Source of the DNA: Cetobacterium sp.
GTDB taxonomy: Bacteria; Fusobacteriota; Fusobacteriia; Fusobacteriales; Fusobacteriaceae
DNA: 64,000 nucleotides
Assembly: GCF_048470075.1 (NCBI RefSeq)
Contig: NZ_DBGBQB010000074.1
Location: forward strand, 1,532 to 65,531
Direction of reading: 5' to 3'
The position numbers were made by a program, and so were the translations under genes. Shown piece by piece: positions 58,195 to 64,000 of this stretch. Under the pieces are notes generated by a model, which had not been told where the DNA came from, did no database searches, and saw nothing but the letters and a program-made list of their open reading frames with translations. How positions within the stretch are numbered: the first letter of the stretch is position 1; each line of letters starts with the position of its first letter.

Positions 58195-59394
58195 TTAATT
58201 TATCTCCTCTACCTTACTAATTATTTTCCCATCTTTTAATATTGTTTCAATTTGATCTCCAACTTTTATTTGAGCACAACTTTTTACTATACTCTGCTCC
58301 TTCTTAGTTACACTGTAACCTCTTTTTAAGATCTCCAAAGGATTTAATGCTATTAACTTTTCAGTTCTAATCTCCAACTCATATTTTTTATCTTTAAAGA
58401 TTCTTCTTATACTCTCATTAAGTTTATCCTCTTTTAAAAGTAGTTCATGATTTTTTTCCTCTATTGTTTTTAGAAAGTTTTTTAAAACATAATTTTCTTT
58501 CAATTGATTAAGTTGGTTTTGTTTATCTTTTATCAATCTATTAATACTATTTTTTAGCTTTATTTCTTTTTCTATTAACTGTGTCTCAATCTCCTTTTTT
58601 ACAGGTATAGCTATCTCTATTGCTTGAGTTGGAGTTGCTGCTCTCACATCTGCAACCAAATCTGATAATAGATTATCTATCTCGTGTCCAACTGCTGAGA
58701 TTATTGGTTTTTCACTTTGAAAAAAAGCTCTAGCCACAACCTCTTCATTAAAAGCCCATAGGTCCTCAACACTTCCACCACCACGACCTGCTATTATCAA
58801 ATCTACCTCTGGAACTCTATTTAAAACTTCTATTCCCTTTACAATCTCCTCTTTTGCTCCAACTCCTTGAACCTTAGCAGAGTATATATAGATATCAACA
58901 TTTGGGAATCTTTTTCTAGTTGTATTTACTATATCATGAAATGCCGCTCCTGTATATGCTGTTACAACTCCAATTGCCTTTGGATATCTAGGTAAAGGCT
59001 TTTTGAACAGTGGAGAAAATAGCCCCTCTTTTTCTAGCTCTCTTTTTAATCTCTCTAAATTAGCGAACATCTCTCCCAACTTATCCTCTTTTTGGACATG
59101 CCTCACTAGTACTTGGAAATCACCTCTGGCTTCATAGAACCCAACATCTCCAAATATTTTTATAGAGTCTCCCTCTTTTAAGTCCTCAGGTATTCTTTTA
59201 AATTTATAATTAAAAGCTGCACATTTTATCTGACTCTTACTATCTTTTAATGTAAAATAGAGATGCCCACTTTTATAATATGTTACACCTGAAAGTTCAC
59301 CTTTTAGAAAAAACTCTTGAAAATTTGGATTTTCATCAATATATCCTTTTACCATTTTATTAAACTCTGTTACACTATATATTTTTTCACTCAT
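58195..59394 (-). CDS. xseA: Exodeoxyribonuclease VII large subunit
   Basis: 399 aa. It has an N-terminal OB fold (VTEFN...GELSGV), then GVVTAYTGAAFHD, RGGGSVEDLWAFN, and a coiled-coil tail. Confidence 0.9.
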   Translation of the reverse strand: MSEKIYSVTEFNKMVKGYIDENPNFQEFFLKGELSGVTYYKSGHLYFTLKDSKSQIKCAAFNYKFKRIPEDLKEGDSIKIFGDVGFYEARGDFQVLVRHVQKEDKLGEMFANLERLKRELEKEGLFSPLFKKPLPRYPKAIGVVTAYTGAAFHDIVNTTRKRFPNVDIYIYSAKVQGVGAKEEIVKGIEVLNRVPEVDLIIAGRGGGSVEDLWAFNEEVVARAFFQSEKPIISAVGHEIDNLLSDLVADVRAATPTQAIEIAIPVKKEIETQLIEKEIKLKNSINRLIKDKQNQLNQLKENYVLKNFLKTIEEKNHELLLKEDKLNESIRRIFKDKKYELEIRTEKLIALNPLEILKRGYSVTKKEQSIVKSCAQIKVGDQIETILKDGKIISKVEEIN

Positions 59395-59403
59395 AAATCA
59401 CTC

Positions 59404-61374
59404 CTACATCTCTAAAAGCATCAGTTTTAATTTGTTCATCTCATCTCTTTTCTCTATAGCTTTTTCAAAGTCTAACTCCTCTGACAATCTCTTTATATCT
59501 TTTAATAATTTATCGATCTCTTTTTCAATATCCTCTTTACTTGTAAAATGTTTAGCTTCTATAATATTTTCCTCTTCCACTTCCCAAGTAAATACAGATT
59601 CAGATACCTCTCTATATATTGTTTTAGGTTCTATTCCATTTGAAATATTATATCTATTCTGTTTTTCTCTTCTTCTATTTGTTTCCTCTATGGCATATTT
59701 CATGGAATCTGTCATCGTATCTCCATATAGAATTACTCTTCCTTCAACATTTCTAGCAGCTCTTCCAATAGTTTGAACCAGAGATCTTTTACTTCTTAAA
59801 AAACCCTCTTTGTCCGCTTCTAGTATTGCTACAAGAGATACCTCTGGAATATCAAGTCCCTCTCTCAATAGATTTATTCCTATTAAAACATCGAACTCAC
59901 CTTTTCTTAAGCCTTTTATAATTTCAATTCTTTCCAATGTATCTATATCTGAGTGCATATACTTCACTTTAACCCCAAGAGTTAAATAGTACTCTGTTAA
60001 CTCCTCTGCCATTTTTTTAGTCAATGTTGTCACTAAAACTCTCTCTTTTTTCAACGCATTTTTTCTAATCTCTTCCAATAGATCATCTACCTGATTTTTA
60101 GTTTCTCTTACCTCTATAATAGGGTCTAGTATTCCAGTAGGTCTAATTAGCTGTTCCGCTATATGCCCATTGGATTTTTCTATTTCAAAATCTCCAGGTG
60201 TAGCTGAAACAAAGATTGTTTGGTTACAGTTCTCTCTAAACTCTTCAAAGGTTAAGGGTCTATTATCCAAAGCGGACTTCAATCTAAAACCATTCTCAAC
60301 AAGAGCTGTTTTTCTTGCTCTATCCCCATTGTACATACCCCTTATTTGAGAAACACCTATATGGGACTCATCTATATAAACAACAAAATCCTTAGGAAAA
60401 TAATCCATTAAAGTATCTGGTTTATCACCTGGATTCTTATGAGTCAAATATCTGGAATAGTTTTCAATACCCTTACAATAACCGACCTCTCTTATCATTT
60501 CCAAATCGTACTCTGTTCTTTGTTTAAGCCTTTGAGCTTCCAAAAGCTTACCTCTATCTTCAAAGTCCTTAACCTCTTTCTTTAAGTCCTTTTTTATCTC
60601 CTCTATGATTCTCTCCTGTTCTCCCTCCTCTGTTACATAGTGAGTTGCTGGAGAGATTGCCACTCTCTCTATATCTTTTTTTACCTTTTGTCCTGTCAAT
60701 GTATTTATCTCTGATATCTCCTCAATATCATCTCCCCAGAACTCTATTCTATAACCATTTTCCATATATGAGGGGTATATATCCACCACATCACCTTTAA
60801 CTCTAAACTTTCCCCTTTCAAATGCAATATCATTTCTTTCATATCTTAATTCTATTAATTTTGATATAAGTTTTTTTCTGCTATATCCTGTCTTTTTATC
60901 TATTGCTATTGTTAAATTTTTATATGTCTCAGGTGATCCTAGTCCATATATAGCTGATACTGAAGCTACTATTATAACATCTTTTCTATTTATTAAAGCG
61001 GCTGTAGCTGCATTTCTAAACTTGTCAATCTCGTCATTAATTGACGAATCCTTCTCTATGTATGTGTCCGTTGTAGCTATATAAGCCTCTGGTTGATAGT
61101 AGTCATAGTAGGATACAAAGTATTCCACAGCATTTTCTGGAAAAAAACTTCTGTATTCTGAGAATAGTTGAGCTGCCAAAGTTTTATTGGGGGCTAATAT
61201 CAAAGCTGGTCTTCCGCTCTCCCTTATTATATTGGCTATGGTAAATGTTTTTCCTGATCCTGTTACACCTAGTAGTGTTTGATCTTTCACGCCCTCTTGC
61301 AAACCTTTAACTAGATTTTTAATAGCTTCTGGTTGATCCCCAGTTGGAATATATTTTGAATTTAATTTAAACAC
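59404..61374 (-). CDS. uvrB: Excinuclease ABC subunit B
   Basis: 656 aa with a GTG start and GGAGG upstream. Motifs are [22 protein letters not shown] and a C-terminal UVR domain. Confidence 0.95.
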   Translation of the reverse strand: MFKLNSKYIPTGDQPEAIKNLVKGLQEGVKDQTLLGVTGSGKTFTIANIIRESGRPALILAPNKTLAAQLFSEYRSFFPENAVEYFVSYYDYYQPEAYIATTDTYIEKDSSINDEIDKFRNAATAALINRKDVIIVASVSAIYGLGSPETYKNLTIAIDKKTGYSRKKLISKLIELRYERNDIAFERGKFRVKGDVVDIYPSYMENGYRIEFWGDDIEEISEINTLTGQKVKKDIERVAISPATHYVTEEGEQERIIEEIKKDLKKEVKDFEDRGKLLEAQRLKQRTEYDLEMIREVGYCKGIENYSRYLTHKNPGDKPDTLMDYFPKDFVVYIDESHIGVSQIRGMYNGDRARKTALVENGFRLKSALDNRPLTFEEFRENCNQTIFVSATPGDFEIEKSNGHIAEQLIRPTGILDPIIEVRETKNQVDDLLEEIRKNALKKERVLVTTLTKKMAEELTEYYLTLGVKVKYMHSDIDTLERIEIIKGLRKGEFDVLIGINLLREGLDIPEVSLVAILEADKEGFLRSKRSLVQTIGRAARNVEGRVILYGDTMTDSMKYAIEETNRRREKQNRYNISNGIEPKTIYREVSESVFTWEVEEENIIEAKHFTSKEDIEKEIDKLLKDIKRLSEELDFEKAIEKRDEMNKLKLMLLEM

Positions 61375-61396
61375 TTATGACACCTCCATTAAAATA

Positions 61397-61417
61397 GGGA
61401 GAGGTAACTCCTCTCCC
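61397..61417 (-). terminator. Intrinsic terminator after the tRNA methyltransferase gene
   Basis: The hairpin is GGGAGAGG-TAACT-CCTCTCCC, an 8-9 bp GC-rich stem. On the minus-strand RNA it is followed by AUUUUAAU. Confidence 0.7.
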
Positions 61418-61429
61418 TTAAAGTATCTC

Positions 61430-62104
61430 TTAGTTATCGTTTAAAAAAATTGGAGTCTCAATTTTTAATATGTTTTTTCGCCCTTTACTAGCTTCAATTA
61501 AAACAATACTTGAATCTTTCTCTCTAGAATAGTGAACAAACTTTACTCTTTTAATTGAAAATCCACATTTTGCAAGTTCCTCAGAGATCTCTAAAAATCT
61601 ATAACTTTTATGAACCATAAAAAGTTCACCTCTCGGTTTTAATAGCCTTTTAGCATTTGCTACAAACTCCCTTAAATTGAGCTTAATCTCATGTCTAGCT
61701 ATACTTTTTATATCCTTGTCATTAATCTCTTTTCCATCTAATACCATGTATGGTGGATTTGAAATTATATAGTCATAGGTATTTCCCTCTTGAATATCTT
61801 TAATATCCGTATTTACAATCTCCACTTTATCTTCTAAACTATTTCTCTTAATATTTCTAATCGCTAACTCTGCAATCTCTTTTTGTATTTCCACTGCTTT
61901 TATCTTAGATATCTTATCTTTAGCACACAATAATACTGGTATTATACCATTTCCTGTCCCTATTTCCAGAACTTTAGCATTTTTCTTTCCATTAAAAAAA
62001 TTAGCTAATAAAACTGCATCTGTCCCAAATCTAAATCCATCTTTTTTTTGAATTAAGGTATACCCTTCACAAATATTAGCTATATCTTCATTTTCAAAAA
62101 TCAT
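61430..62104 (-). CDS. tRNA (adenine37-N6)-methyltransferase-like SAM methyltransferase (YfiC/YabB type)
   Basis: 224 aa. Motifs are FRFGTDAVLLA, VLEIGTGNG and the N6-MTase motif IISNPPY. Confidence 0.8.
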   Translation of the reverse strand: MIFENEDIANICEGYTLIQKKDGFRFGTDAVLLANFFNGKKNAKVLEIGTGNGIIPVLLCAKDKISKIKAVEIQKEIAELAIRNIKRNSLEDKVEIVNTDIKDIQEGNTYDYIISNPPYMVLDGKEINDKDIKSIARHEIKLNLREFVANAKRLLKPRGELFMVHKSYRFLEISEELAKCGFSIKRVKFVHYSREKDSSIVLIEASKGRKNILKIETPIFLNDN

Positions 62105-62114
62105 CTCTTCTATA

Positions 62115-63086
62115 TTACTCCTTTTCTAAAACCTTATGTTGTAACTCCTCTGTTGATAAAACGTTTTGTAACTTTTTAGCCTCTTTTTTGTTGAACTTTA
62201 TCTCATCAATAAATACTTTCATGATTCCTTTTCCTTCAACATCCACATATAAAAATCCATTTAAAGGGCTTATACTTGTAACTTTTCCCTCTCCCTTTGG
62301 AGTTTTAACCAATTGATTTACAGCTGGATAGATTCTTAGAGCTTCTTCATACTGTTTATACTCATAGTTTATACAACACAGTAATCTTCCACATACTCCA
62401 GATATTTTAGTTGGATTTATTACTAATCCTTGATCTCTTGCCATTTTAATAGAGACTGAATCAAATTTATTTATAAATGTTCTACAACAAAGCTCTTTAC
62501 CACATACTCCAATGTTTCCAAGAATTCTTGCCTCATCTCTAACACCAATCTGTCTTAACTCTATTCTAAGTTTAAATATATTAGCCAAATCTTTTACTAA
62601 ATCTCTAAAATCAATTCTACCCTCTGCTGTAAAGTAGAATATCAATTTTGTTTTATCAAATGTGTACTCTGTCTCTATCAGTTTCATTGGTAATTTATGG
62701 TGAATAATTCTCTCTTTACACACCTTAAATGCCTCTTTAGCCTCTTGACGAAGTAGTTCATACTTTTTGATTTCCTCTTCACTAGCTTTTTTTATAACAG
62801 GCTTTAATGGCAATACCAATACTCTCTCTGGTAGCTGCATAGGTCCTCCATAAACAACACCAATCTCTTTTCCTCTGATAGTATCAACTATTACCTTATC
62901 ACCTTTTTTATACTCTACATCATCAACTATCTCAAAACTATATCTCTTTTTAGTAGTTTCAAACATTACCCCCAAAATATTATACAATCTATTTGGGTCT
63001 GATACCACTTCCTCCTGTATCTCTACACTCTCTTGTAATGCTGTTTCATCTATATTCTTATCTATATCTAAATTTCCTTGTGTCAT
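62115..63086 (-). CDS. PSP1-domain protein (RicT/YaaT-like)
   Basis: 323 aa. It has a Cys-rich PSP1 core: GVCGKELCCRTF...GVCGRLLCCINYE. Confidence 0.8.
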   Translation of the reverse strand: MTQGNLDIDKNIDETALQESVEIQEEVVSDPNRLYNILGVMFETTKKRYSFEIVDDVEYKKGDKVIVDTIRGKEIGVVYGGPMQLPERVLVLPLKPVIKKASEEEIKKYELLRQEAKEAFKVCKERIIHHKLPMKLIETEYTFDKTKLIFYFTAEGRIDFRDLVKDLANIFKLRIELRQIGVRDEARILGNIGVCGKELCCRTFINKFDSVSIKMARDQGLVINPTKISGVCGRLLCCINYEYKQYEEALRIYPAVNQLVKTPKGEGKVTSISPLNGFLYVDVEGKGIMKVFIDEIKFNKKEAKKLQNVLSTEELQHKVLEKE

Positions 63087-63154
63087 ATATCCTCCCGCGA
63101 AAATCTTAACATTCTATAATATAGAGTATATCACATTTTTTACCTTTTAAGAAT

Positions 63155-64000
63155 TTATTTTACATAATTTAATTGTTCTTTAACCACTTCTTTTAAATTT
63201 TCAAAAGATGAAAAATTCAACTCAAAATTTATATATTTCAAATTTGGAAGCTCATTGAATATAGACTTTAAATCCCCTCCATAAACTCTATGTGGATCAA
63301 GATTTTTCATATGTTCTAACTCCACTTTAAACTTTTGACCTCTGTCCCCTTTTTTCCACTTCTCTATCTCTTTTGAAAAATCTCTCTCCAGGTATCTTTT
63401 AAACTCTATTCCATTCACATGAACACCATATATGAATCTATTTAACTCCTTTAAGTCTCTAATTTTATTTACTATATATCTGTCTGTATCTTGAAAGTTT
63501 TTTATATTTTTCTCTGTACAAACTATATGGGATAGATCTAGCAAAAAACCCTTATTTTTATACTCCACTCTTTCAAAAAAATATTTTGCCAATTCATAAT
63601 TTTTTAAAGTCAACCCAGGCCATGGTAAATTTTCAAAAAGAAGTAACGGTCCCTCTCCTTTAAAGACCTCATTCACTATTTTTAATGTTTCATCCAATAC
63701 CTCTTTAGAGGTATATTCAAAATCAAATGTAAATATATCTTTAGGTCTGACATGGGACACATGAAAGACCAAGTATTTTGCTTTCACCAATTTAGCACTT
63801 TCAAATTGTTTTTTAAAAGTTTCTAATAGAATCTCCTTCTCTAAAGAACGATAGTAGTTCATCACTCCCTCTTCATTGAAAAAATCCTCTTGAATCTTCT
63901 CTTTCTCCTCTTTCCAAAATTCCAACCACGTTGGATAGTATAATAAATGTACCCCTTTTATTGGATACTTACCATAACTTTCTATGGGTAGATGGTCTCC
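63155..64000 (-). CDS. Xylose-isomerase-like TIM-barrel protein (sugar phosphate isomerase/epimerase family); 5' end off the window
   Basis: The ORF-track start at 63925 is a TTG. By hand the frame stays open up to position 64000 (GDHLPIESYGKYPIKGVHLLYYPTWLEFW...). Family-like motifs are YLVFHVSH, LLFENL, LLDLSH and GVHVNG. Confidence 0.5.
   Translation of the reverse strand, partial: GDHLPIESYGKYPIKGVHLLYYPTWLEFWKEEKEKIQEDFFNEEGVMNYYRSLEKEILLETFKKQFESAKLVKAKYLVFHVSHVRPKDIFTFDFEYTSKEVLDETLKIVNEVFKGEGPLLLFENLPWPGLTLKNYELAKYFFERVEYKNKGFLLDLSHIVCTEKNIKNFQDTDRYIVNKIRDLKELNRFIYGVHVNGIEFKRYLERDFSKEIEKWKKGDRGQKFKVELEHMKNLDPHRVYGGDLKSIFNELPNLKYINFELNFSSFENLKEVVKEQLNYVK

Noticed and set aside
1-64000. 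CRISPR arrays, tRNA or rRNA genes, riboswitches or T-boxes (for example upstream of alaS), IS elements, and toxin-antitoxin or defence-system gene pairs.
   Set aside because: All intergenic gaps are 183 nt or shorter and AT-rich, and promoters and terminators account for them. alaS has only a 36-nt upstream gap. I saw no repeat-spacer periodicity, and every ORF of 140 aa or more has a housekeeping assignment or is listed above as uncharacterised. A by-eye scan cannot exclude short dispersed repeats.

Overview
This window is low-GC (about 30%) core chromosome with no mobile, prophage, CRISPR, tRNA or rRNA content that I could see. I identify 53 protein-coding genes. 51 are on the minus strand, packed tightly with many 1-8 nt stop/start overlaps. 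The content is mostly diderm envelope biogenesis: kdsB, lptF/lptG, lptB, a giant LptC/LptA-like protein, an LPS inner-core cluster, secDF, an RND/TolC efflux operon, and rodA/ftsW-family, SpoIID-like and FtsZ-like genes. Also present are DNA repair and recombination (mutS, recA-recX, uvrB, xseA, dprA, topA, xerC-like), translation and RNA modification (alaS, tsaD, dus, trmFO, rlmI-like, rluA-family, yqeH), and a pyruvate-dissimilation set (pflB-pflA, nifJ/PFOR, pta, ackA). LPS genes combined with Firmicutes-type synteny (dprA-topA-trmFO-xerC) and PFOR/PFL metabolism suggest a Fusobacteriota-like organism; that is inference only. I mapped eight sigma70-type promoters by eye, all with exact 17-nt spacers, plus several intrinsic terminators, which gives a plausible operon map. 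I do not see a convincing new multi-gene system such as a defence island or secondary-metabolite cluster. The items most worth follow-up are single-gene architectural oddities. First, a 918-aa membrane-anchored protein of concatenated LptC/LptA-like modules sits where lptC-lptA normally lie. Second, a SpoIID/LytB homologue has motif order that looks circularly permuted. Third, a tail-less, core-only FtsZ stands alone in the only plus-strand unit. Fourth, recA-recX lie inside an LPS-core/plsC operon with no promoter room of their own. All product calls come from reading the translated ORFs against family motifs from memory; no searches were run.
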